Shown here one piece after another: positions 50,936 to 64,000 of a stretch of DNA of 64,000 bases. The position numbers and the translations under genes were made by a program. The notes below the pieces were generated by a model. It was not told where the DNA came from. It saw only the letters and a program-made list of their open reading frames with translations, and ran no database searches. The stretch comes from Amphiscolops sp. MND2022 (taxonomy: Eukaryota): the NCBI GenBank assembly GCA_964187785.1, contig OZ076409.1:51958001-52022000 (forward strand). Direction: 5' to 3'. Position 1 is the stretch's first letter. Every line of letters starts with the position of its first letter.

Positions 50936-51325
50936 CGTTTCAACAGACGTTTTGTTGACTTTTTATGACATGAAAATGTTAACATATTATATTAGCACTC
51001 TAATTTTTCCAGGGTTACTTGTAGTGAGTCCTTGACTAGTATTTTGTCAAATTTCTGGAAAACTCGCATTCACCGAAGCATTTTTTTGGAGCAACAACTT
51101 TACTTCCCCTCTGAACGAATTTCAAACAGATTGCTGAGAAAACCTCTTATTCATAAAATGACCAGAATTTGAAGTAAAAGACGAAGTTGGGTTTTCATAT
51201 TTATGGACCAAAACAGAGAACATGGAATCTTTCTTGAACTGAATCATCGAAATGGGTGTACAATGAAAATGCGAAAACAGATTGGTTCCACAGTCGGGTG
51301 GAAAAAGACAACTGCACCGCGCAAC

Positions 51326-51397
51326 GAATGAATGAATGAATGAATGAATGAATGAATGAATGAATGAATGAATGAATGAATGAATGAATGAATGAAT
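51326..51397. repeat. (GAAT)18 microsatellite
   Basis: Direct reading. Confidence 0.98.
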
Positions 51398-52078
51398 AAT
51401 TTATTAATTTGCAAACAGTTTCGGCAATGTGAAAAAATCGTTGTGAGGCGTGAAATGAAATGTTTCACAATACTCAAATATTTCCTCCTCTTGTGTTTCC
51501 ATTGGACTTTTAAGGGAAATCCTTTGAGCGGACATTGATTAAAAACTTACAGTATACAGATAGTTTTTATTCTATAGACTATAAAATCGGAAATGTTGAT
51601 ACCCATGAGCAGGGATACACAAAGTAAATTTGCACTCATTCCTCACAATCCCAAATCTGAATAGCTTGACATTGAGTTCCTGTTGAGTTCCTGTTTCATT
51701 CCAATTGTTTAATCAGTGGTAGCATACTTTAATTATCCATGTTTAAGGAGTGATTTCGAACACACCTGACCATTTGACAACAAAAACATGGAACGAAGTG
51801 GAAAGAAAATTAATATGGTTGATGAACAGTTCGCTCTAAAACAAAGCATGGGGAAAAGGCTTAAAACAACTAAATCTTTGTTTTCAAGAGTCTCCAAACT
51901 CAATTTTTTTACACTTCAGCCATCAACGTCCTGTCACCATTGACGACTTGCGGTAATTAGTAATTTTCGTAATTAGTTTTGGTACTTTCTTCTTAGGTGG
52001 GTTTTCAAAATGTAGCTTGATGTAATGTATGAAAAGACACTGTGCTGGATGTTTGATGCACCTTGTGTTCTGAAACAG

Positions 52079-52259
52079 GAGTCTCGAAGAGGACAACCAC
52101 CATCATAAGCCACAACACTATCACTCCACGCACAGCTCCAGTTCTGACTCAAGGCCCTCTTCGTCAAATCTAAAGGAGGACCCAAGTATGCTGGGAAAGT
52201 TCTTCACCACTGCCAAGGATTTCTCCTCACTCATTATGCCCAAACGTGGCATTGCAAAA
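52079..52259 (+). CDS. SNX19-like exon after the PX domain
   Basis: AACAG acceptor, phase 2, matches previous donor; open frame SLEEDNHHH...MLGKFFTTAKDFSSLIMPKRGIAK; GTAGGT donor. Confidence 0.65.
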
Positions 52260-53627
52260 GTAGGTTCAGATCTTACCCCTCTTAAATCTCTCATACCCCA
52301 AGTTGACGCTTTTATTAGCATCTTGGCTGATATTGCAAGATCTTGTGAAACTCTTATTACATCTTGGCCGCCATAAAACCAATTGCAAGATTCTTACTAA
52401 GATCTTACCATAATGCATCAATATTCCAAGACCGACTCTTACTAATATGGAAGAAATTCTAAGATTTCAAAATTTTAATTAAGAACTCAAAACCCATCTG
52501 CAATTCTAGAAGAAGTCTATTGCCGAGTCATTATGCGATTGTTTTTGTTGTAGACATTGATTTCCTGTGAAAATTTAAAATCTCTGAAATCAGACAGGAG
52601 AAATCATCGTCGTTCTTGGGAATTCTATATCGTATTCTAGTGATTTTTAGACATTCCAGTGGTTTCATAAAGTGCTTTAGCTTTTCACTAAAAGGCTCAA
52701 GTCAAACTTGGCTCTCGAGGGCGAAGACTCGAAAAGCAATTATGCCCCTTCTTCGTACTTTCATAAGTCATATGTAAAAGTCATATGTTCTTTTATGGAT
52801 ATCTATATGTATCATCCAAATAAATTACCTTTTCTTCTCTTTTCTTTTCTTCCTTTCTAATGGAATAAGAACTAAAACCACTGGAAAAAATCTTTCATTC
52901 CGTTAGTTTTAGATCCTATTACAGTGATTTTTGTCGGCGCTTCATCAAGTGAAACGCGACTATACTAGTGCCTCTTTTTTCCAATTCACACGAACTGACC
53001 AAAATAGTTCTACAAAATTCTACGTAATTTTAAGGTGTCAAATCGGACCATTTGGGCCAAGTAACTGAACTGTAAAGGTTGTTCCTTTTTTCAACGTAAC
53101 ATACAATACCAGGCGAGACTAAAAGGTCCCCTTTTCAGTTTTTTTGGCATTGTGAGATTTTTTTCAAGAAATTTCCATGTCTCCAAAGGGTCCTCCCTCA
53201 ATTCTTGATATTTTGCAACAGAATGGACGTTAAAAAATCCAAGATTGTCCCCCCTTATAGCGCGCCAATACTTGACACTTTGATCTCCTTGTGCTATTTT
53301 TGAGCCTTAGGTATGGTGATCTCAGAATAGAGCTTTAGTATCAATAGATCTTTTACCAGTGAAATTGGAAACTTACAAGTTTTTGGGCTTCTCCAGTAAA
53401 TATTAGGTCGTTTTTTAATGGGGTTAGTTTTTATTCTAGGGTTTTAGTTTTTATTCCAGAGGTTTTCAGATGTCTTTGCGACTTTTAGACGTTATTACAG
53501 TAGTTTTGGATCCTATTCTAATGCTTTTTGCATATGAATCCAATGGTTTCAGATGTTGTCTAAATATTTGTGAATTCTCTTTATCCAGTAGTTTTAGAAC
53601 TAAGTTATTTCCACATTATATTTCAAA

Positions 53628-54230
53628 TTACCCTTCATAACATATGTCATGAACATTCAGTTCAGGGTAATCATTGTTTAGTTGATTCTCATCCTGTTCA
53701 TTTCTCAAGCTGTTTTTTACATTTAGGTTTCGCTGAACTTCGGAATTTAATTCCGGTCTCTCGGACAGAACGTCCCATCCCTTTCTGGTCCCGTGTCCTG
53801 ATCCGGCCATAATAACATTTTGAATTTGAGGAAGCACCTGAGTGCTTATTGCTTCACTTATAGCCCTTTGTATCTGGACATTTACAGAATTCATCATCTC
53901 GTCCATTTCTCGTGAAATGCGGGAATTTAATTCGCTTGACAACCTGTATATCTCAGCACTAGAATTGCCAGTAGCTGAATTCCGGTCACATTCGGTATTT
54001 GTCCTAGAGTTAATATTCCCTTGGTCTCTACCTATGTTCCCGTCCTCATTTTCAGATTCATTGCTTGCAAAGCTTCTAGACCTCCTGGGCAAGTTAATAT
54101 TCAAACTGCCTTCCCTTTCTCTAGTGTTGAAATGATTCTCGCCTAGCAGAATATCTAAATTCTCGATATCAGATAACATTTCAAGTCCTCTTGACTTCCT
54201 TGTCTTCTTCTGTTTTCTAGTGGTTGGCAT
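53628..54230 (-). CDS. LTR-encoded gag N-terminal ORF (195 codons within the LTR, stop supplied by the flank)
   Basis: Uninterrupted MPTTRKQKK... frame runs through the LTR end; same layout as the full-length element. Confidence 0.6.
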   Translation of the reverse strand: MPTTRKQKKTRKSRGLEMLSDIENLDILLGENHFNTREREGSLNINLPRRSRSFASNESENEDGNIGRDQGNINSRTNTECDRNSATGNSSAEIYRLSSELNSRISREMDEMMNSVNVQIQRAISEAISTQVLPQIQNVIMAGSGHGTRKGWDVLSERPELNSEVQRNLNVKNSLRNEQDENQLNNDYPELNVHDICYEG

Positions 54231-55319
54231 TGAAACAGTTCCGAATTAAACAATAAATTAAGCAACTCGGAAAACAACAGCGGAGCCGTTTGTTAATCAA
54301 TCTTTGCTAGTAGCGTCTCAAATGAATTGTGTCCCACTCAGGCCAAGTATCAGTATATATACTCATGAGGGGGTGGTACTTATGACATATTCCCATATTT
54401 TACATACTTTGGGAATATTACAAGTAACACTTTGAAAGGTATTTAACATATACCGCAACTTCAAACAACACATCTAATGAATTACTATCATTCAAGTATC
54501 AACAAATATTAATATCCAACTATGGAATTTTGACATACCGAACTTCAGAGAGTTATGCCGGCACGTGCCGCCACACAAGTGAAATTGAGTTTGTTAGCGG
54601 AAGAAAATACATGTAGTGTATAAAGATCACATCAACACTTGTCCTATTCGTCACAATGGCTTTAGATGCAACACCTTCAAAATAGAACCAGATTTGACCA
54701 AATCCAAATCATTATATTAAACTGCCAAACAGCACAAAAGTGTTTTTTTTAGCACTGGGGATATAGCTATAATAGCTCCAATCAATTGCTAGCGTAATTA
54801 GTATATCATCATCATATTTACTTGAAATGGCCGGAACCGTCCATTTGACCAAAGCACAGATTAAAACAATCATCTTTAAGTCAATTGGCCTTACTTGGCC
54901 ATCACTCACATAAAAGCTATACTGGTACTGCTCAATGAAGCGCTGTGGTTGGTTGAATTATTGAGCTCAAGTGACGCATACGGGATAGGTGTTCTGTTCA
55001 CTTGAACTCGTTTCCTTTACGTTGTATAGCCACGTTGCCAATCGTTCCAACTGCTTACATTATTATACAGCACCTCTAATCCTGATTAGTACCAACTCAA
55101 TCTTTCGATTGTAATCTTTAACAGACTAATACGTACTTGTATATAAATGAGAAAATTTAACAACGTCAATAAATGCAACATATTCAAAGCAACAAAATAG
55201 TGTAAAAAGTTCGTTTGAATGTTCTTTTGACTAATAAATGGGAAGTGTGCCGGAAGCTGTCTCCTGCCCTTGAGTAGTTGTCGTGATCCTAGTGCCGTCA
55301 CGAGCGGCAGCCTGCGACA
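53645..55319 (-). mobile_element. Solo LTR (1675 bp), Gypsy-related
   Basis: TGTC..GACA termini; 5-bp TSD ACATA at 53640-53644 and 55320-55324; TATATATA near 54354. Confidence 0.92.
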
Positions 55320-55939
55320 ACATATAATTTAATTTCGATACTTGTTTCCTGTTATATCGCCGTTCTTTTACCATCTTGGGATTCTTAGTAAGATTTTTCA
55401 TGGAAACATACCTGTCTTGATAAGATCATAGCATTTCAAAGTACTTACTATGGCGAGATCTTAGCAAGATCTTAGCTAAGATTGTTCTTGCCAAGAACTT
55501 ATTAAAGATGTTTTGAGGATCTATTTACGGTAAATTGATAACCAAAATCACGTAGCAATGTTCGGCACATTAATTTTCTCAGCACTGAGACTAGTGAGTT
55601 TATGACAAAAGAGTTAAGACCTGTTGTTGATTTAGAAAGAAGTGACTAAGCGCAAAATTTAAAATTTTAATTTTTAAACCGAATATCTGAGAAGTTCTAG
55701 ACATTTTTGCGTGTTTCAAACGTTTTCACTCAGAATACTTCAATTCAGCACTATGTCGTGAGCTTACATATGTAGATGCCCAATGTTTCTTCTTGTAACT
55801 TCTCTGTACGATTATCCGAAAGCGCCAACAAATTCACATCACTGCGTTCTATTATTTTTAGATATCGCATAAACAAATAATCATAGTTTTGATTTTTTGC
55901 CAATAGCTATTTGAAGCGCTGGTGGAAAGCTGGAAATTA

Positions 55940-56040
55940 TTTTCCACTTGGCCGAGCGGTTAACGCGAATCTCTATGCCCTGTGACAGGGTCTGGGAAGC
56001 AAGAGTACATGGGTTCGAGTGTCGCGTTAGACCAAAAATA
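55940..56040 (+). other. tRNA-derived sequence or SINE head
   Basis: A box TGGCCGAGCGG at 55949 and B box GGTTCGAGT at 56012; no clean cloverleaf. Confidence 0.45.
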
Positions 56041-59000
56041 TTTTCAGCTGGCAAATGTAGATGGGAGAATGTACTTCTTTGGCTCCTTTTCCTAACTGTA
56101 ACTTTGATTAAAATTTTCGCAATAATTGTCCCATTGCGTATTTGAAATACTTTGCTATGTTTGAACTTTGAGCTTGCGAAACCAGTTTTCAGTGAGTCGG
56201 TTCCTTCGATTCTTCTTTTCACATTCCGCGTCTCGTGTTCTTTCGTATGTCATGAAGAACCCGGAAAAGCCCGTGAAGAATCCAGAAAACCTAAATAACG
56301 TGTTTGAAGAATCCAGAAACGTGTTCAAGAATTCACAAACGTGTTCAAGAATTCAAGAAATGACAAATGCGAAGAATTCTCACACCAATGCTGTTACATG
56401 TGCAGCATAGATTATCAATAATATGAGAATCCACAAAGCATTTTCCTCATTTCTTGAAAATTTAAGTTTTGCACTGCTAATATTAGTGTGTGGATTCTTC
56501 AACCATTTTGGCGGCAGGCTCACATTCTTTGAAGTGCACAACTTTCATGAATTCTTGAAAACACATTTTGGTAGGTGCGAAAACCAACTTTCGTCAATTC
56601 TTGAAAAATTCAAAACTTCCCCGATTGGCGTCGTAATGATCACATCGCAAATCCGCAACCCATATTTGATCAGCTAGCTCAATAGTGTTTCCCCTACCTT
56701 AGAAAGATTTTGAATTCCTTCAATTTATTTGATGAAATGATCCAAACAGAAATTTTTTTGTGTACTATTGAAAAAATGTTCAAAATGTTATTTCACTCAT
56801 ATTTATCATTTTATACAGAGAAGATACCCGCTTCTAGAGAACATCAAGTTGTATGAAATTTGAAGACAGCTTTTTGTCTCATCCAGTTAGGATACTGTTG
56901 ACTATCATTACTGCACCATCCCTTTACTGTACAAACGCCGTTACAGCGCTATTGGAAATCAATTCCGGTGACTATTCAAATCGTAGAATATTCAAAACGT
57001 CCAAACAATTAGGGCTATTCAAAGCGTCGAAAAAATTTCCATAGTTTTGATGATTTTCATGTTATTATTTGAAGAGGTTAGTATATTTGTTGTATGGCTC
57101 GGTCGCTTCGCTCTTTCCGCCAGGTAGCAACATTGAGGCATGGCCATATGGCACATTGCCCCGCATCGCTTCACTCCTGCATTTAGGGCACTAGGGGTAT
57201 GTGAGCATAGCTGATTACATCATCGTAATTAGTTCGTCGTTTGTGCTGTATTCAGTTTACTGGAAATTGATTGGCTCATTGAATGAAATTTTGGCCACGT
57301 GACTTTGACGCGCAGTATTTACTGCGTGCAAACTGCTTTTGACGCAATGAATCTTCTACGATTTGAATCCTCCCCGTCAATCCCCATCAAATTATACATG
57401 TAATGCGTTATATGTTGAATTTTTCGTCATCGCGTAAGACCTGTTATTGCACAACTGGCCATATAGTCCTCAAGGGTGTGAAGTAATGAGAGTCAACTGT
57501 ATGAGAGTTATGGGCAAACCTATTCTTTGGAAATCCTAAGTTGCCTGTAGGGTTGTTTTGCCCTATCTTCAATTTTGATATCAATATTACCATTCTCCTA
57601 TTCAGTTCGCTTAGTCATTTTTGCGCAAGTAATTTGCCTAGGGTTTTTCCACGAGATCTTTCCATTGAAAAGTATTGTTGCCACTTGCAAACAAAACATC
57701 TGTCCCTAATGAAATTCAGCTAAAAAGACGCTAAAAGCAGTAGCAAGAAATTTACTTACTGCCCTCGAACGCCTTCATTTATTTTTTACTCTTAAATACT
57801 GCTGTAATGCTAAGAAAAGTTTTACGGAATCTGAAGTTAAGTTTTTTTCCAAGATCTCATCAAAAATCTCGACACTGATCGCAATTATCAAAACAGCTCC
57901 TTGTCAATTAAGGGAATTCCAAGAACCGTTGGTTCTTTTCTGTATCCAACATCACCTAATTTTTTTGAAAAAGTTTGGAAAAAAAATTAAAAGACTTAGA
58001 ACTGAATTAGAAACCTCTACTTTCATATTTATTCTCAGAATAACCGTTTAGAATTCAGATACAAACTTTGCGCATGGTTTTTTCCCTTAGAAGCTACTCA
58101 TTTTTTGATTACGAAATCAACAGCGTCCTTTTTTGAGTCACAAAAACTGGAATTCGAACATGATCACAGTCAAACAGAGTCAAAATTATTTTGCTCAAGC
58201 GAAAAACTTCTTCATTAGAAGGTAACTTCTTTTTTTTTGGAAGAAAATTTCTCTTCGAGTAAGGCCACTTTGAAAGAAGTTTGAAAGAAACGTTCCAATG
58301 AACACGGGGCTGGTTGGAACTGCTTAAATTTTTTACAACTTTCAGTAGGTTATCAAGCTAATTTTCCATGATTTTATAAAGTTCCCAAGGAAACGTCCAT
58401 GCATTAAAAGTTTACTGATTCGAATATATTTCAGGCTCCCTAGCTGAGACTACTGGAACTTTTTACCTGCTGCAGGACTAGGACTGCATGCAGGGTAATG
58501 TTGTAAAAAACCTTTAAAAAATTCAGTAAGGTTCCTGTACTAAATCTTGTAAAATTAGATTGCATTTTCCACTACTACAATTAAACTTGAAAAAATTTCC
58601 ACTTCTTTTCGGACACGATCACGTTGTATTCAAATATTGATTTATCAACTTTTCATCTAAGTTAAAGACCGCTGCTCGAATAGACGCTAAAGTTGACGCT
58701 AGTTTGTTGTTTACATTGTGAAGGAAGTTAATTTGCATCAAAACGGCGGCAAAATTGGTGACGTCTCAGCTGCTTTTAAAATTAGAATTGAAGCATAATG
58801 AAACTTGTAGAAATTCACTGCTTGAAATTGCCGCCAAAACTTGGATGATTATTTCGAGCAGCTTGACAAAAGTTGATGGCAGCAGAGAAAAATTACCACA
58901 TTGAAGTTTCTCAAAGTTTTTTTCGAAAATCATTATCAAAGTTTCTGGCACCTTAAAGAACATGTAAAAAGTTCAAGCATGTTCAACAAGGGCTGCCTAT

Positions 59001-59455
59001 CAGATGCATAATAAGTTTTGCAGGTTTCATTGAGACGCAGTTCCCATTTTGAAAGTAGCTGAGACCCTCATCAATTTTGCCACTATTTCAAAGGAACTTA
59101 AGTCACATTATAAGTTTCTAAGAAGCGTCATATTCAGCGTGCTATTTGACTAACGGATATTACATAAGATGGTTACTTAGGCGTAAGAGAAACTTGGGCG
59201 TAAAAACAGAGTGATCGCGGCGGTGAAACAGTGGAAGTTCTTTTCAGTTTTAATTCAAATAGTGGAGGCTGCAGTGTAATCCTACAAAATGTTTCCATGT
59301 ATGACTGCATGTTTTCATGCAGCATGTAAAAAGTTCAAGCAATCTCGACTTGGGAGGGAACAGAAAAGAGCCGAACCTTCATCTAACAATGTTTTCTGAA
59401 GATTAATTTTCGTAAGAAATTTTACAAAAACAAAATATTGTGCATGAACTATCTT

Positions 59456-62400
59456 TCTAACGTCCAGCAGTCGGCGAATGAAAATTACAAAATTTCGATG
59501 AAAAATTCGAAATGTGCGATTCAAAATAGACGATCTGGGAGGTACCAAAAATCGTGAAAGAAGCAAAAAACGCACAGAAAATACCCCCAGCCAGCCCGAG
59601 AGAGAACACCCCGCATTAGAACTATCCCTGAAATCGCCGTGTGGTGCCCTCTCCCTCGGAAGACGTTCCAGCTACCAGCGGAACCCGAAGAATGGCCCAA
59701 GAGATGAAGAAACTCAGAAGTTCGCCTATTTTGCATGTGCCACCCAGCAGGTCAAAAACTAGCTGACACTGACGCCTGATGTATCCTTAGTCTGTTGTTC
59801 CGTATTTGTGGTTTTTGCAGATATTTGGTGATGTTCGACCCCTGTTTTCGTTATTTTAGACGTTACTCATCTAATTAAAATGTACTTTAGCTAAACCCCT
59901 GTTTTCGGACCTCGGAGGTATGTAGAGTCGCCTGAAGGTTAGGAACTTTAGGATACGTTTTTACAGGCTAGTGGGACGTGTCCGGATTTTGAGTTCGCCG
60001 GCACGTCGCAACGGAGCTCTAACTGAGGAGCCTCCTTTACGTATGGAAAAGTCCCTTTTAGGAGACCATTTCGGGATTAAGAACTAATGTCTAGGGCTGT
60101 AGTAAGACAACGGTCTCCTGTTTAAGCACCCTAGGCATTATGCCACTTCTTATGATGTACTCTGCTAGGTGGACGTTACATCTAGAATAGTTTTTATGGC
60201 GCCTCACAAGTACCCTTTTTTCATTTTTGCGTCGTACTAGGAGGTTTTCCTCCTTCACGGCCCCGGAGGGTCCAGATCTAAGAAAACTTATTGGAGAATC
60301 CTATATTATTTTTATTGCCTTTGTCAAGCCTGTAAGGTTTTCTTCTAACAGAATTCCTGCGTTTCTTGCGTATTTCCGGGGTCCGAAATGAGAAATAACC
60401 GATTGATAGCAAAGTACAGTTTAGATACCGTTTCTGTTTCTTGAAATTAACCATCCGGCTAAACCGGATTTTGTTCAAAAGGGTTTTGTAGCTCTATTTC
60501 AGTCTATTTGCAATGCATTGGGATGGGGAACAAGCAGAGTCACAGTCCTTACCCCATCAGCGGTGACGAAGTGGAGACGAACTGTACAACACCACTTCCC
60601 TCACCCATTCGATTGCAGTAAATCGGCTGGGTTACATCAATCCTTTTGTTTTTGTGGCTTGAAAAGCATATACCTAGGCGCACCCTCATTAGTATGAATT
60701 AAGAAAAATACCCATAAGGTATTCCGATTGTTTTCTGAGAAGATATAGCGAGCTAGCCATAGCACCTGATATAGCTCGATTTTTCACTTTGTTACTTTCA
60801 AAATCCAAAATTATTCAGAAGAGGGTACGGCCAGTGACAATACCAAGAAAACACTCTTTCAGACGTGGTAGGTCAAGAACAGAATCTTTCAATAGGCTAA
60901 AATGTGGAAATAACAAAAAATTTAGCTAATTTTGTTGAAAAAACATCAAATTTGGCCTAAAAGACCAAATGTGTTGAGGGCGAAGCCTTAGGCGTTTGTT
61001 TCCAAGCTTCTAAAGCAACCCAAAAACCTTTTTCCCGAGCCTGGTAGTACAAAACACTACTGCCAGGACGTTTGTTAGCTTTCCCCAATATAAATTGAAA
61101 TTTAACCCTTGATTTTGTTTTATATACATAGACCTGAGTACAGGACCCCATAGACCTGAGAGTTATAACATCAAAACTAATAATTGAAACAAACTCAGTC
61201 CCCTGAATAAAAATTTTACAGTTTGTTACGTTACGTTTAGAACTATCCCGAGCATCTGGGAACCGAGAAAAAAAGTTCTTAGGGAAGACACGTATTTTTT
61301 ACATTGTTCCCAGAGTGTAAAAGGTGTAACTTGAAAGTTTTTTGAGAGACTTTATTTGAAACGCGTTAGGTTTTGCTTGCCTATTTTCTTTTAGTATAAA
61401 ATATAACGTTGCAAACGCAGAAAACTGCGAGTATTTCCAACCAGTAGTTGCCGAGAAAAGGCCAAAAACGTGTTTTTAAGTGACAATTTCGAAACACTGG
61501 AGTAGTGTTCCTAAGACCGACCGAAATCTCTCCTAGTTAGATCAACCCAAAGCAAATTGCACCACCGTGTAGACCACAACAAGTTACGTTGGTGGTGTAA
61601 ATTTCGTAGCGTTACCATTACTAGTGATTGAGAAATCTTAGCCGCAGTTCTGCCCAAAAATTTGTACGAAATTGTTGAAAAAATTCGAATTTTAGTTGAG
61701 CATATTGCAATACCTTCGGAGTACCCCAGCACTAAAACTTTTACATTTTCAACCACACGGCACTAGATCCGGACGATTTGTGCATTTTGAGCGGCTTGCT
61801 ACTGTCCAACTTGGAGAAAATTTCATTTTTGTGAATTTAGACGCAAAAAAGTGACATCAAGGGTACATCATAGTTTTGTCAACTCGGCTTGCAGAATGTA
61901 GCCCCGGGCTCCCCGCCATTCTGTTTTTCTGTTACGTGGGCATAATTCACGGTCGCATACAACATTTCAGGTGGCTAGAATGCCCGGAAGGCGAGTTTAA
62001 CAAGTTTGTGTGAGTTTCACAACATAGTCGATTTTTCTAACAACATTGTCAAGCTATCGTAAGTCACGTAGAGTCAATCTTAGCACAATCAGTGGTGATT
62101 TTGCCACGATTCAGCTCTTTTAGTATACTCTGTGAAATTTACAGGTCGCTACTTGCTCTAGAAGTGATTTTCACTATTCCCAGACGTGCATATTGTCACG
62201 TTGTTGATTTTGTTGAAAAATTGTTGATTTTGTGAAATTTTACAATAAAGCACATAGTTTCCGCAACCGTAATCGCAAGGGAGGCCTCAAACGACCCCAT
62301 TATTATACCATTAGCCCATGGCACGTCCTGCCGAAGGACTTTTCTTAGAGGTTAGTAAACCCTAAGACCTCGGGTCTCGGAGAAAACGGTCTACGAGTGA

Positions 62401-64000
62401 CATAGAGGTGAAAAACCAAAAATCGAAATTCACCTCCTAACTGCTTTCAAAGTCACCTTAGTGCAAGTTATCCATTGTGAACACGCATGCTTGGTTCTCT
62501 ATGTACCCTGCGAGTGCTGAACTTCCTTAATAGGCAATTTTAGTGGTGTAGACTTTGAACGCAGTGCGTCTCCAGACAGAACAACAAATACATTAGTGAC
62601 TAACATTGTTGAACAAGAACGTTTTGTCTGATCGTACTACAATCGAAAGGCAAGAAATCACTTCAAAATCAGTGTCCATCTTTCTAATCGCCCTATAGGT
62701 CTCTCCCCAGTCCCTGATCACACTAACGTTTTTACTTGTGCTCTCCATAAACAGGGCAGCTTGAGTGACAGAAAGACTTTTCTGACATTCTAACGTCCGT
62801 AGCCTAGCAGGCTTCTCAAAAATCAGCGTTCGTTGCTCAATTCATGCCAAAGGTGTACCGCGGTTCTCGTTACCACAGTTGGGTGAATCATGTCGATGTT
62901 AAAACACCGGACAAGAGATTGGCCCGGGGAGTACCTGTACCCTCCCGAGAGAAAGCAACACCGAGCATGATAAAACACCCAGAGCCTCGAAGCTCTGAAG
63001 ACTGCTTTGCCAACGGTCGTGTTTTTAAATTTCAAATGAATGCTCTGGAACTTGTTTCCAATGCCAAAAAATGTTTTAATGATCTATCATGACTGATTTT
63101 ACACTTCCATGGGTCCTTGTTTACCATAGCCATCGACATAATCATCCTCTAGAGAAACAGTTTACTATCATCTCTTACATACACACTGGTGCTTATAATA
63201 CCTAGACGATACTTTTGTCTGAGCGTACACTGCTAAAACAATAGACTGAAAGGGTCCTCACGTTTGGTGTTATTTATGATTCTTTGAGGACTGTTTCACC
63301 ATTGGTGCTATTTATTGTGCAGTTTCTGGTGGCCATGAACTACAACACTTTAGCAAGACCACAGCTGTTACTTTTACTTTTCGCTTCTCAAGAGCTATCG
63401 TGCATTTTGTAAAACCGACCTTATCAGGTGGGCCCCAGACCAGTGCCAAATCTGTTGTGATGAGAGCTTTTTATACAGATGCAGTAACATAAAGTGCTAG
63501 AAATTTTGGTGCGAAATTAAGAGTTTGAAAACTTTTTGAGTATAATGCCGTGCATTTAAAGTTGCTAATGCTATTCCAGTGCAAGACCTAATATTGCTGT
63601 AGAATCTGAGGGAGCCTGCTAGGCTAGCGCCAAAAACTCATCTTTTCGGACAATGACTTCTATCTGGGCAACAACTTCCATTTAGATTCCTGAAGTACTA
63701 TGTTGCAACATCATCACTGGACGACGGCAACCAAGACGTGAACATCCTCTCTTGTTTGTTGAGGATAACAAACTACGGTCTGGGGATGATGTAACGTCCA
63801 GCAGTCGGCGAACGAATATTACAAAATTTCGATGAAAAATTCGAAATGTGCAATTCAAAATGGCCGATCTGGCAGGTACCGAAAAACGTATAAGAAACAA
63901 AAAACGCACAAAAAACACCACCACCCAGCCTGAGAGAATCTTAGGATACGTTTTTACAGGCTTGTGGGACGTGTCCGGACTTTGAGTGCGCCGGCACGTC
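59456..64000 (+). mobile_element. Decayed, internally deleted Gypsy element: 5' LTR 59456-60180, 3' LTR from 63790 running off the window
   Basis: Direct repeats with inverted termini TGTAACGTCC/GGACGTTACA; PBS-like TGGCGCC at 60197; PPT-like GGGGATGA; RT remnant YLDD at 63199-63210; the 3' LTR lacks ~59608-59946. Confidence 0.85.

Noticed and set aside
55940..56040. Functional tRNA gene
   Set aside because: A and B boxes present but no consistent acceptor or anticodon stems
52330..56600. AAGATCTT-rich patches (also ~8505-8560) and AAGAATCC-rich patch (56250-56600) as defined elements
   Set aside because: Degenerate sub-repeats; no boundaries or TSD could be fixed

Overview
AT-rich, TE-saturated eukaryotic (animal-like) DNA; the species cannot be determined from the sequence. 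The backbone is a + strand sorting-nexin gene of the PXA family (TM-PXA-linker-PX, no RGS seen, so SNX19-like). Its short exons are scattered from ~6.2 to ~52.3 kb and several appear damaged. The introns and flanks hold decayed Ty3/Gypsy and BEL/Pao retrotransposons, a hAT deletion derivative, a DD37E Tc1/mariner element, solo LTRs that encode ORFs, and Helentron-like repeats. The main find is a structurally complete 15.4-kb Ty3/Gypsy element (28452-43879, minus strand, 1.9-kb LTRs, 5-bp TSD TATAC). Between pol and its 3' LTR it carries an ANTISENSE five-exon gene with four GT-AG phase-1 introns. The product is ~1180 aa, with an acidic N-terminus, a BED-like C2H2 finger and a hAT-transposase-like body that appears to lack the first catalytic Asp. 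The element also starts gag inside the LTR, has a predicted -1 gag-pol frameshift site, has a possible ORF running into the 3' LTR, and has mosaic LTRs. All domain calls are motif recognition by eye; no searches were run.
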